A stretch of 63,348 bases of DNA, counting the filler, from Octopus bimaculoides (lineage: Eukaryota): the NCBI RefSeq assembly GCF_001194135.2. It is 8 parts of 8 records of this genome, joined end to end, with 100 filler letters (N's around TTAATTAATTAA, not from the genome) between each part and the next. Parts side by side here need not be neighbours in the genome. Positions count along the whole stretch, not along the records: positions 19,786 to 33,342 come from NC_068983.1; positions 33,443 to 47,177 come from NC_069006.1; 6 more parts are not named here. One strand, written 5' to 3'. The notes under the pieces are model-generated. The model was not told the DNA's origin. It saw nothing but the letters and a program-made list of their open reading frames with translations, and searched no databases. The translations under genes and the position numbers were made by a program. Positions within the stretch are counted from its first letter, which is position 1; every line of letters begins with the position of its first letter. Of this stretch, positions 26,938 to 40,356 are shown in pieces.

Positions 26938-27106
26938 CGTACGTACGTACGTACATACATACATACATACAAGCATACATACATACATGCATGCATACAT
27001 ACATACATACATGCATGCATGCATGCATTCATACATACGTACATACATACACACACACACACATACATACATACATACATACATACATACATACATACAT
27101 ACATAC

Positions 27107-27232
27107 GGGTAATCGGTGCCGACAAGCGAAATATCGACATCCATCGTCTTCGATCACCTACAGAGCAATTTATTTCGTCTGGTTTGAGGTATTCAGTATT
27201 TTTTAACACACGATGTCTTAAAGGGATGAATT
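27107..27232 (-). CDS. Candidate internal exon FIPLRHRVLKNTEYLKPDEINCSVGDRRRWMSIFRLSAPIT
   Basis: Strong acceptor ttttgtttatgtgcttatatgtttcag, donor CCC|gtatgt. 126 nt, one open frame, phase 1-1, non-repetitive composition. Confidence 0.5.
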
Positions 27233-28774
27233 CTGAAACATATAAGCACATAAACAAAACATAAACATTAAGTTTGTGACATCGGTAATGTTTACATTAA
27301 TTGAGCTGCTTCTGATTCAAAGTATAATTTTGTTTCACTTGTGCAGCACTGTTTCAAATCAGGATATAGCTTTCACGCTAACTAGATATATACCTCAGAC
27401 CAGTGATTAGAATTCGTTTTGAGGTGATTCATAGTTTTCTTTTACTGTCAGTGTTTCTCCTTCCTTTCTTTTTGTATTTGTTGTTGGATCGTTCGTAAAG
27501 GTTCATAAGAGAAAGTAGGAGTTGAAAGTATTTGTAAAGGTAGTAGAAAAAGGAAGTTAGATTTTATTAGGGGGAAAATGTTAATTTGTGTAGTTTTATG
27601 GATTTTATTCGTAATTGGGAGTTATTTTAACGGAAAAAATGACGCTGTGACCTAATTATGGTATTTAGAATATTAATTCCGATTGTTTCATTCAAGAAAT
27701 TTGGAATTGTGTAAATGTATGAATTTTAAACATATATACACACACACAGAAAATCTGCCTTTTATAGNNNNNNNNNNNNNNNNNNNNNNNNNNNNNNNNN
27801 NNNNNNNNNNNNNNNNNNNNNNNNNNNNNNNNNNNNNNNNNNNNNNNNNNNNNNNNNNNNNNNNNNNNNNNNNNNNNNNNNNNNNNNNNNNNNNNNNNNN
27901 NNNNNNNNNNNNNNNNNNNNNNNNNNNNNNNNNNNNNNNNNNNNNNNNNNNNNNNNNNNNNNNNNNNNNNNNNNNNNNNNNNNNNNNNNNNNNNNNNNNN
28001 NNNNNNNNNNNNNNNNNNNNNNNNNNNNNNNNNNNNNNNNNNNNNNNNNNNNNNNNNNNNNNNNNNNNNNNNNNNNNNNNNNNNNNNNNNNNNNNNNNNN
28101 NNNNNNNNNNNNNNNNNNNNNNNNNNNNNNNNNNNNNNNNNNNNNNNNNNNNNNNNNNNNNNNNNNNNNNNNNNNNNNNNNNNNNNNNNNNNNNNNNNNN
28201 NNNNNNNNNNNNNNNNNNNNNNNNNNNNNNNNNNNNNNNNNNNATACATACATATATATACATACATATACATACATATGCATACATACACACACACATA
28301 TATATATGTATATGTATAAGTGCTTGCGTGTGTTTACGTGTATATTCACAAACCCACACATAAGAACGTATTCCATGTATACATCACACTCATTGATGCA
28401 CCATACTCATGCATACACATGAACTCATGCACACACACACACACATTCACATGCAAACACACACATACATACACACACACAGCGGTGCATACTTATATAT
28501 CTGCATATATTCGTATTCTGATATTCATATACAGTAATGTTTACATGCATATGCATGCATACACAGACATATATGCACACACACACACACACACATATGA
28601 ATATATTAGATAATATAATTTCAGTAACGATTGGAATTATTTATTTATTTGTTTATTCAATTAATTATTACAAAGGAAAGTGTCTATAATTAATTAAAGC
28701 CTACACTTAATTATCTTCAACTTCAAGGGAAACCGAATATTAAAAGCCCTCCCCACTCTCGTCTCTTGGCTAAA

Positions 28775-29480
28775 AATCAGACGATGATGATGATGATGAT
28801 GAAAATGATGGTGGTATTAATGACGACGATGATGATGATGATGATTATGACGATGTCGTTGATGGAAATGATGATGATGGTGATGATGATTATAATGGTG
28901 ATGATGACAACAGCGATATCGATAATTAACTCAAGAAATTAAAGAAACATCAGCCAGTAATGCCATATCTGCCACTTCATCTCGTCATCGTATTGTTCAT
29001 TATCATCTTTATCACCATCTCCTCCACCAGCTCTAGTTTACCACAATCACCTCCCCCCCCACCAACAACAACATCCTCCTCCTCCCCTCCTCCTCATGAT
29101 CATCATCACCAGCAACATTACGACTACCACTACCTCGACCATCATCATCATCATCGCCACCACCTAACCCGCCTCCACTACCTTCCTCACCTTTAATACC
29201 AACATCACCACCACTACTACCACCACCATCATCATCATCGCCACCACCTAACCCACCTTCACTAACATCACCACCATCACCATCATCATCATTATCATCG
29301 CGACCACCACTGCCGCCAAACCCATCCTCACTGCCACCGCCACTGCCACCACAACCATCTCCATTAACACCACCACCTCTACCATCAACACACCACTGTC
29401 ACTACCTCCACCACTACTACTACTACCAAACCTTTACTACCATCACCTGATCATGATCATCATCATCATCATCACCACGA
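28775..29480. repeat. Compound (GAT)n/(CAT/CAC)n trinucleotide low-complexity region
   Basis: Direct inspection. Confidence 0.9.
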
Positions 29481-29567
29481 CACGACTGCGTCGTTAGTTA
29501 CATCCTTTGGTTATATCACAGTAAGACGAAAACAAGGACCACATTGTTATGGAGCGACCTTTTAAAC

Positions 29568-29855
29568 CAGTGGTTCCCAAACTTTTTCGGGCTACCGCCC
29601 CTTGACACCCAGGCCACATTCCTAGCACCCTACATTCCTAGTACTCCACCCCAACTAACCATCACAAGTATAGACCTCTTTCTGAAGCAAATTCAAAGCA
29701 ACTGTATTTCACAAATAAAACTTAACCCAATGAACCTATTATTTTGTTCTTTTTACACGAACCGCTACCCCATTATGGCCCCACTTTTTTTAACACCCGC
29801 TTGGAACTTTCTACTGCCCTCAGTGGAGCAATACCGCCCGCATTGGGAACCACTG
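29568..29855 (+). mobile_element. Complete hAT (Charlie-like) MITE, 288 bp
   Basis: 13-bp TIRs CAGTGGTTCCCAA / TTGGGAACCACTG and a perfect 8-bp TSD TTTTAAAC at 29560-29567 and 29856-29863. Confidence 0.92.
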
Positions 29856-29986
29856 TTTTAAACCATGTGTGCACTTATATCATGCTTTTGTGAGACTCCA
29901 TGGCAGAGCCGTCTTAAAGTATGGGCACACTAAGAAGTAACCTAGAGCCTCACAATTCTAGGGGCCCAATTCTGATCTATGTAAGA

Positions 29987-30245
29987 CCTCTTTTCGGTCA
30001 TGAATGACCATGGGATTACACCTAGAAAGTTCCCCTCTGAGGCACAAGTCCGGACAAGGTTGTTTTATGGAAGACCAGCAATCGCCCATGCATATCAGCC
30101 GTTCCTCTCCACGCCACCGATGTTATCCAAGGGAAAGGTAAAGGCCGATACATTTCAGCACCAGTGTCGTCGCAACTTATTTCTACATTTCTGAGTGAAC
30201 TGGGACTACGTGAAATAGTGCCTTGCTCAAGAACACGAGGCTTAC
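29987..30245 (-). mobile_element. SINE-like repeat (family C), reverse orientation
   Basis: Ends in gtgaaatagtgccttgctcaagaacac, the reverse of a CORE-like cttgagcaaggcact; recalled as a common octopus repeat body. Confidence 0.6.
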
Positions 30246-30649
30246 TGACCAATAAATAAATACTTTAGGGACCAGTGCATTGGTTTACCCGGGGGTTTAT
30301 AATGCTGCTAAAACGGCCCTGGTCCACAACTCAATATCTACTATACTTCGTTCACTGGGACTATAGGTTCAAGCCTAACCGTACAAACTCTTCTCTGATA
30401 TGAAAATAAGGATATAATACAGCGCATTAAGGTTTGTTAAATCTATGCCAACGAAGTAGTACGGTAGTAAAATGATATTATAGATAAGCTGCGTCTTCGA
30501 TTTCGTTCTTTGGATAATACATGAATATAAGAAAAAGTACTATAGCTTTCAGAGATTGTGCCTTCTGTACTACCTCTGTAGACTTTTCTATTGGGTTAGT
30601 GCATAACTATTGCGGCTTTTTTTCAACAAATGTTTTTCAACAAATACAA

Positions 30650-30780
30650 TAACAATATTTAACAAAAACATCTTTAAATGACGGTCTGTCCGTCTGCCAA
30701 GCAAATGGGAAGCAGTAATTGAAGTAGATGGTGAATATGCTTCGGAATAATCATTTAAAGATGTTTTTGTTACTATACTT
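30650..30780 (+). mobile_element. Mariner transposase C-terminal remnant
   Basis: RLPSKWEAVIEVDGEYASE* is a typical mariner C-terminus. Confidence 0.7.
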
Positions 30781-30783
30781 CAT

Positions 30784-31630
30784 GCGGCGAGCTGGCAGAA
30801 TCATTAGCACGTTGGACGAAATGCTTAGCGGTTTTTCGTCTGTCTTTACGGTCTGAGTTCAAATTCCAACGAGGTCGAAAGAAAGAACTGTAAAGAAGGC
30901 CTCGGAAAGAAGAACCGACAAAGATGCTGCTGAGCATTTTGTTCGACGCACTAACGATTCTGCCTTAATAATAATAATAATAATCCTTTCTACTGAAGGC
31001 ACACGGCCTGAAATTTAGGGAGAGGGGGACTAGTCGAGGACATCCACCCCAGTGTTTCAGTGGTACTTAATTTATCGACCCCGAAAGAATGAAAAACAAA
31101 GTCGACTTCGGCGCAATTTGAACTCAGAACGTCAAGGCGGACGAAATACCACCGAGTATTTTGTCCTGCGTGCTAACTATTCAACAAGTTCGCCTCCCTT
31201 TTAATATTAATAATGATCCTTTCTACTATAGGCACAAGGCTGAAATTTGGAGGTAGGGAGCTAGTCGATTACATCGACCCCAGTGCTCAACTGGTGCTTA
31301 TTTCATAGACCCCCGAAAAGATGAAAGGCAAGGTCGACTTCGGCAAGTCGCTAGGCATTTTGCTCGGCGTGCAAAGGACCTTGTCACCTCGCCGTCTTCA
31401 GTAACGATAATGATTTCTACTATAGGCAACAGGCTTGAAATGTTTGAGGGGAGGGTGCTAGTCGATTACATCGGCCCCAGTCCACAATTGGTACTTATTT
31501 AATCGACCCCCACCCCACAAGGCTTAAAATAAACAGCAGCCATGGCAGAATTGAAACTCAGAACGTATTGAGTCGGAAGAAATGCCGCTAAGTATTTTGT
31601 CCGATGCACTAACGATTCTGCCAACAGTTT
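30784..31630 (-). mobile_element. SINE family A cluster: one plus-strand head, one minus-strand head fragment, three tandem minus-strand copies
   Basis: Plus head gcggcgagctggcagaatc...gagttcaaattcc at 30784-30878. Minus copies at ~30966-31200, ~31215-31400 and ~31410-31625, separated by TAA-rich tails. Confidence 0.9.
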
Positions 31631-31734
31631 CTTATATTAAATAAGGCAGAAAAATGAATACTAACACATTACTTTAATGTTTGTAGCATTTGATGGAGGT
31701 TCACATGAAATATTGTGACAACGTACATACATAT

Positions 31735-32460
<726 letters not shown>

Positions 32461-33164
32461 TGCGTATTAAAATCTCTTTGCGTTTATAACCATATTTACG
32501 GAAGTTTTCAAAAGTTCCAAGACATAAATCTATTGACAGGCTTCTTCCGTTAGATTACTCCTCAATTAACTAACACATAACATTACATATATTTTTTTTT
32601 AACTCACTGATTTAGAACAGTTATGCTATGAATGCAATTTCTTTGCGTTTTTCTCTCCTCTTCTTATCCAAACACAAAGCAAACATGGCTACCTAAACAA
32701 ACATGACTCCGTTTCGACATTACATTTATTCTGTCTTATGATCAAGTCATAAATAAATTTTCATTATAAGCTAATTGCTTATCGAATCTGATTCCAATGA
32801 AAAGATTTTTCTAATATTTGTATGTAATTCTTTTCCCGCGTATGTTCAAAGCATATATAATTGTACTTCATATCAATATTATTAGAAATGGCATGCTAGG
32901 AATAGAAATTGAAATTAAAGCAACAAAAACGACAATAAACTCAATGTCATTTTGCAAGTTGTTGCTCTGTTTTTGTTTGTATATATATTTTGTTACGCAC
33001 TGGGCTGGATTTCGCTGACATCATAATGAATGTTATATTACAACTTATGTTTCCCATGCTGCTTCTTCAAGTACTGCTCATACGCACGCACATACATACA
33101 TACATACATACATTCATGCATACATACATACATACATACATACATACATGTGTGCATACATTCA

Positions 33165-33195
<31 letters not shown>

Positions 33196-33439
33196 AGATA
33201 CGTACATGCATACATATACACATATATGCACACATGTAGATATACACATCTATGTATGTATGCGTATATATATCATGACATTTATCAGACGGCGTCACTA
33301 TAACTTATCAAGAAGTTGAACACCCAAGGCATGGTATATATANNNNNNNNNNNNNNNNNNNNNNNNNNNNNNNNNNNNNNNNNNNNTTAATTAATTAANN
33401 NNNNNNNNNNNNNNNNNNNNNNNNNNNNNNNNNNNNNNN

Positions 33440-33596
33440 NNNCATCCGCCCTGTGCGCAACAGGTTCTTATTTCATCGATACCGAAAGATTGAAAGGCAA
33501 AGTCGACCTCGGTGGAATTTGAACTCGGAACGTAAAGAAAGATGGAATACCGCTAAACATTTTGTCCGACGCTTTAGATCCTGTCACATCACCGCC

Positions 33597-33647
<51 letters not shown>

Positions 33648-33857
33648 GTTTCAAGTTTTGCCACAAGAGCAGCAATTTTGGTGAAGGGAACGAGTCGATT
33701 ACATCGATTCTAGTGTTCAGCTGGTACTTATTTTATCGACCCTGAAAGGATGAGAGGCAAAATCGACCTTGGCGGAATTTGAGCTCAGAACGTAAAGACG
33801 GACGAAATACCGTTAATCATTTTGTCCGACGCTCTAGATTCTGTCACCTCGCCGTCT
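33440..33857 (-). mobile_element. Two tandem SINE family A copies joined through (TAA)n
   Basis: Copies at ~33445-33597 and ~33647-33857, with (TAA)16-like tract between them. Confidence 0.88.
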
Positions 33858-34268
33858 TAATAATAATGATGATGATGATGATAGTAGTAGTACTAGTAGT
33901 AGTAATAGTAGTAGTAGTAGTAACAACAACAACAACAGCACGTAACAACGTTATTTCATGAATTGTGAACAAATGATGAACAGGTTATTAAAGCTAAACA
34001 CGTTCTGACTGATTGCTACTCCTGTCTCTTCATTAGGAACTTCATAAATTAGACAGTTCCATTAAGCAACATAGTGTGAAGCATACTATAAAAATCGTTA
34101 AATCCCAAATGAGAGAAAGAGAAAGAAAAATGTATTATTCCCTCCAAAAAGCAAAAGAAAAAAAAAAGGAACAGGTTTACTTAGAATTTTCTCGTCAAAC
34201 TTAGATTTCAAAAAAATATAACTGAAAAATTAATTATTAGCAATGCATTAATTAAAAGAAAGAAAAAA

Positions 34269-34990
34269 GGCGTAGGCGTGGCTTTGTGGTAAGAGGCTTG
34301 TTTCCCAACCACATGGTTCTGGGTTCAGTCTCACTGCGTGGCACCTTGGGTAAGTGTCTTCTNNNNNNNNNNNNNNNNNNNNNNNNNNNNNNNNNNNNNN
34401 NNNNNNNNNNNNNNNNNNNNNNNNNNNNNNNNNNNNNNNNNNNNNNNNNNNNNNNNNNNNNNNNNNNNNNNNNNNNNNNNNNNNNNNNNNNNNNNNNNNN
34501 NNNNNNNNNNNNNNNNNNNNNNNNNNNNNNNNNNNNNNNNNNNNNNNNNNNNNNNNNNNNNNNNNNNNNNNNNNNNNNNNNNNNNNNNNNNNNNNNNNNN
34601 NNNNNNNNNNNNNNNNNNNNNNNNNNNNNNNNNNNNNNNNNNNNNNNNNNNNNNNNNNNNNNNNNNNNNNNNNNNNNNNNNNNNNNNNNNNNNNNNNNNN
34701 NNNNNNNNNNNNNNNNNNNNNNNNNNNNNNNNNNNNNNNNNNNNNNNNNNNNNNNNNNNNNNNNNNTGTGTGTGTGTGTGTGTGTCTTTGTGTCTGTGTT
34801 TGTCTCCGCCAGAATCGCTTGACAACCGATGTTGGTGCATCTACGTCCTCGTAACTTAGCAGTTCGGCAAAAGACCGATAGAAGAAGTACTAGGCTTACA
34901 AAGAATAAGTCCTGGGGTCGATTTATTCGACTAAAACCCTTTAAGGCGGTGCCCTAACATGACCGCAGTCAAATCACTGAAACAAATGAA
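34269..34990 (+). mobile_element. Near full-length SINE family B (tRNA head, CORE-like domain, internal microsatellite in gap, tail)
   Basis: ggcgtggctttgtggtaag...gggttcagtc...caccttgggtaagtgtctt; tail cgcttgacaaccgatgttgg...gaccgcagtcaaatcactgaaac. Confidence 0.9.
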
Positions 34991-36456
34991 AAAAAAAAAA
35001 GAAAGAAGAAAAGAAAAGAACTCTAGAATCAACAAGTTTCCCCGCTGGGAAAGTAAAAATATCACCTGGGATAAATCTATCTCAGTCTGACAGTCTGAAA
35101 ACTCCCTGCTGTAGTGTATATGTGTGGGTAGGTGGGTGGGGGGATTATTGATGGCGGAGACAAAATTATATAGGTGTATATATATATATTACATATATAA
35201 GTAGCGAAGGCAAAAATATTTTGTGGGGTGTATACATACATTCTACATCAGTAAAAGATTGCCGTTTTACAAGGAAAGAAGCATTGGCAGTGAAATTCTA
35301 ACCAATGTATGACTGGTATATTTATGCGGGTCTATGAGGGAGCCTCAATGTGGCCGTTCGATCTGCTAGAAATGGCAGTTAAAATCTCTTGAAGCATATA
35401 TATTACTGCTTTAAAAGAAAGTAGGGTAAATTAGAATATATTCCTTGATACAGTGTCTGGAGAAAGAAAAAATAAGGCGGGATGGTCATGGCTGGAATTT
35501 ATTTGGTCATACATCTAGTCGAACAACACTGATTTAAGGCTAAACAACTATATCTCCACACTCAGTACATACATACATACATACATACATACATACATGA
35601 ATGCATAGATGCATGCATATATAGATACATGCATGTATACATGTCTGCTTGCATTCATACATACACGCAAACAGGTATCCTTGTATACACATACATACAC
35701 GCATACATGCATACACAACGTACATACAACATGCATCGCACATACATACATACACACATACATACATACATACCCGTGAATTGACGGTGGTGACTCATTA
35801 AACGTAGTGAGACAATTGCGCAAAATCATTCGAATTCCCTTTCAAATCACACGTTTTAACAGTTTAATTTCTTTTTAAAAAAACGGTAAGGACACATAGC
35901 ATAATACAGAAAGGAGAGTGTTAGCAAAATTCATCTACAGTGGCAAGAATACAGTTTAACGTTTCGGCTCTTTGTCCTTCGTCTGGCAATAAAGTAGAGG
36001 TAGAAAACGTGTTGTTACTGTCTCTTGGGTTGTAAGCAAATGAATAAGAAACCACAGCGAGATAACGAGGTTATTAGATACTAAGGAGATAAAGAGAAGA
36101 AATTGAAAGACAAACTGCTGTGGGTAAGGGATGTGGGGACAAACTTAGTCATAAGATTTGCTGGATTACGGCTGACCTTGACCTTAACAAGACTGGAGAC
36201 GAATGGTGGGTTGTCTCTATGCAATCGTCAAACGACCGGCCAAAAAATTAGTGGCCAAACTAAGCCATCAAAATTATACTCTACTTTTTTTGGCTGAAAA
36301 TATTAGAAGAGTGAAGATTACAGCTCTAAATATATTAAATCTGAATAAAAGAGGGAATAAGGGATAGCCACGGTTGGAAAGTCTGTGATAACAGGTCAGC
36401 TGGATCAGAGCTAACATGTGGGATACACAATTACACAACCATCTAAAAATACTACA

Positions 36457-36498
<42 letters not shown>

Positions 36499-36964
36499 CT
36501 GTATATATTAGATACACGCGATGTGTATAATATACGATGTATATAAAATGTGATATAAATATATGCATACATACACACATATAAAAATGTATATATGCAT
36601 GTATGTTTGTGTATATATATATACACATATATACATGCATACCTACATTCATGTATGCATGCATATATAGACATACATGCATTCATGTATTGTATGCCTG
36701 CATACAGACATACATACGTGTGTTTGTATGTATGTATGTATGCATATGCATACATGTATGTTATAAGTTATACAAACGGAAGTTATACAACTCGACACGA
36801 TACACAGAAAACTTTAGTTCATTTATTGCCGAGAATTTACATCCGTGACTCAAGTACCTTAAGTTTGGCAAGTGTTTTACCAAAGATTTCTAAACCCTTG
36901 AGAAGCAGATGTAGTTTCTTGATTATAAAGCAAATTTTTGTGTGTCTGTCTGTCTGTTTGTCTA

Positions 36965-37057
<93 letters not shown>

Positions 37058-37661
37058 CATACAGACACACATACACATGCATATATATATATAATCTCAG
37101 ATGGCCTGCATCGGTTATGAGCTTCGCACTTTCCTCCAGTCTCACAAAATGTGTGCGTGTGTGTGTTTGGGGAAACATACATACAGACACGCGCGCGCAC
37201 GTACACACACACACACACATACATAACATACATACAACATGCATGCGTACATACATACATACATACATACATACATACATACATACAAAGTACTGATAAA
37301 GAGAAATATGAAAATTATGATGAAGACATTGAAAAAATTTATAAATGTATTCTCCATCTTTACGTATGTATGTATGTATGTATGTATGTATGTATGCATG
37401 CATGTTGTATGTATGTACGTATGTATGTGTGTGTGTGTGTTATTCTTGTTTAAGTCAATTCAGCCTTGAACTAGTAGATCAAGGGTCAAAGATACTTCAG
37501 CGGTGACCATCTCGTCTTTTTTTTTCTTTTTTTCCAAGCACAATGCATGGAGGACTACTGCTATCACATGTGTTCTTTCGCTTGTCTAAAATAATGTGTG
37601 ATTTGAGATTCGACTGTGATTTCTAGCAGGCTGACAGTCCACATACAAACATACATACATA

Positions 37662-37717
<56 letters not shown>

Positions 37718-38194
37718 GTGTGTGTGTGTATGTATGTATGTGTATGCTCCTCCTGTGGATCACGTAGTGTATGTCTATATTATTTATAAAATATAAGATC
37801 AAGCGATGTAAAGTCTGTCCGATCCAAGTGGAAGAGGATGCTGCACCGCCTCAGCAGGAGCAACAACTCTACAATGGGACCTCTCTGTGTGGTGGGCCGA
37901 ATCGTTTGAAACAGCAGCTAGATCTCCCTCACGCGTTAATATCTTTGCATCTCTTAAGCAAGGAAAAGATGTAACAGATAATATAGTCATACATACTCAA
38001 CAAAAATGGCATGATATTTTTTGGAATATCAGCGATTTATACCTGCACGATCGGGTCTGAACCACGGCCGAACAACAACCACTAAGGATTGTAAAGCAAA
38101 GAGGAAGTGAGGCTCTACGCAGCAGCAGGACTGACTAGAAACATCAACTAAATCTCTTTGCTATTACACCTTTTTGTCTAAAATAATTATAATA

Positions 38195-38350
38195 ATCTTT
38201 TCTACTACAGGTAAAAGGTATGAAATTTTGTGGTAGGTGGGGGCTGGTCGATTACATCTATTACCAGTGCTTAACTGGTGCTTATTTCGTTGATCCCGAA
38301 AGAATGGAAGGCAAAGTCGACATCGGCGGGAATTGAACTCGGAACGTAAA
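38195..38350 (-). mobile_element. SINE family A
   Basis: tttctactacagg...gatcccgaaagaatggaaggcaaagtcgac...gaattgaactc. Confidence 0.8.
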
Positions 38351-38695
38351 TATAAGAATTATAATATAAAGCACAGGGCATATTAGAGAGTGTAGTTCCC
38401 TTGAAGTATTAGGGATGAAAACAAACAGACGACCGATTGTCACAGTTGAAATGTCTATGATTGTATCTTTACACGTTGGCCGGGGGTTAAATAAGTTGTT
38501 TCCAGGGAGATTTAGGTTATCGAAAGAGAGAATTAGGGACGACATGTCTTGCAAAGCTTTATTAACACCATCGTCGATGTTTGCCACTAAATGGTTATAA
38601 CGGAGTATTAGTAGTTCGCTGTTTCGGTCGAACGATTTCGTTTCATTCAATGAAAATAGCGCACATAAAGCTGCTTTGCTTACCTCTTCTTCCAT
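38282..38695 (-). pseudogene. 137-codon ORF with degenerate LRR-like motifs; its start may instead be a first coding mini-exon MEEE
   Basis: ELLILRYNHL...IDDGVNKALQDMSSLILSFDNL.NLPGNNL. The ATG has gcaagATGG context and a donor GAG|gtaagc follows at 38683. The last ~20 codons are SINE-derived. Confidence 0.3.
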
Positions 38696-40319
38696 CTTGC
38701 TGTTTCTTCGGATTAGTGTTGTGCTTAATGTAGTAGTAGTAGTAGTAACTGTTGTTGTTGTTGTAGATGATGATGATGGTGATGATGAGGATAATGATAA
38801 TGATGACGATGTTCTTGTTGTTGCTGTTGCTGTTACTGATGAGGATCTAATACTCGCGCGAGGATGCTGGAATTGAGCGAAGGAACAACCATATGCTCTC
38901 CACAGAGCCTACACCGAACACATGCACACACGGACGCACGCTTGCATTTGCACATACACATGCAAACCATGGACACACGCGCGCACACATAAACAATTAC
39001 ACGGAAAGCTTGCNNNNNNNNNNNNNNNNNNNNNNNNNNNNNNNNNNNNNNNNNNNNNNNNNNNNNNNNNNNNNNNNNNNNNNNNNNNNNNNNNNNNNNN
39101 NNNNNNNNNNNNNNNNNNNNNNNNNNNNNNNNNNNNNNNNNNNNNNNNNNNNNNNNNNNNNNNNNNNNNNNNNNNNNNNNNNNNNNNNNNNNNNNNNNNN
39201 NNNNNNNNNNNNNNNNNNNNNNNNNNNNNNNNNNNNNNNNNNNNNNNNNNNNNNNNNNNNNNNNNNNNNNNNNNNNNNNNNNNNNNNNNNNNNNNNNNNN
39301 NNNNNNNNNNNNNNNNNNNNNNNNNNNNNNNNNNNNNNNNNNNNNNNNNNNNNNNNNNNNNNNNNNNNNNNNNNNNNNNNNNNNNNNNNNNNNNNNNNNN
39401 NNNNNNNNNNNNNNNNNNNNNNNNNNNNNNNNNNNNNNNNNNNNNNNNNNNNNNNNNNNNNNNNNNNNNNNNNNNNNNNNNNNNNNNNNNNNNNNNNNNN
39501 NNNNNNNNNNNNNNNNNNNNNNNNNNNNNNNNNNNNNNNNNNNNNNNNNNNNNNNNNNNNNNNNNNNNNNNNNNNNNNNNNNNNNNNNNNNNNNNNNNNN
39601 NNNNNNNNNNNNNNNNNNNNNNNNNNNNNNNNNNNNNNNNNNNNNNNNNNNNNNNNNNNNNNNNNNNNNNNNNNNNNNNNNNNNNNNNNNNNNNNNNNNN
39701 NNNNNNNNNNNNNNNNNNNNNNNNNNNNNNNNNNNNNNNNNNNTCTTACGTGCTCTCTCATTCACTCACTCTCTCTCTCTCTCTCTTATATACAAACCCA
39801 CTCTCTCTCTCTCTCTCAGTCTCCGTCTCTTTTTCATTCACACACACACTCACTCTCTCTCTCTCTCTCCCTCTCTCTCTCTCCCTCTCTCTCTCTCCCT
39901 CTCTTTCATTTTACACCCACACACAAAGAGAGGTGTATGTGTGGGTGTAATAGTAGCAGAATTAATACCAACAAAAAGCGGAGTAGAAGTATGAGTGGTA
40001 GCGATAATAGTAACGGAAGGAGGAGGACTCGATCAATCTATCATCAACATCACCATAACCAATCACCAGCGCAACATTTAATACAGAGAATTACAACCAT
40101 CATCATCATCATCATCAAGAACAACAATACCATGGCACGCACGCACGCACGCACGCACGCACGTATGCGCGCACATTCCACGACCACTGCTACCGCTGCT
40201 TATTTCATCACCTCAGGATAGAATTACTAACGTTCACATAAACCATTTCAGGGACAGGACATTATTTCACACCTCCGGACACCTACATCGACTTGTGTGT
40301 GTGTGTGTGTGTGTGTGTG

Positions 40320-40356
<37 letters not shown>

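Noticed and set aside
30784-31630. CRISPR-like repeat-spacer array
   Set aside because: Eukaryotic DNA; the units are ~200-bp diverged SINE copies, not short identical repeats with unique spacers.
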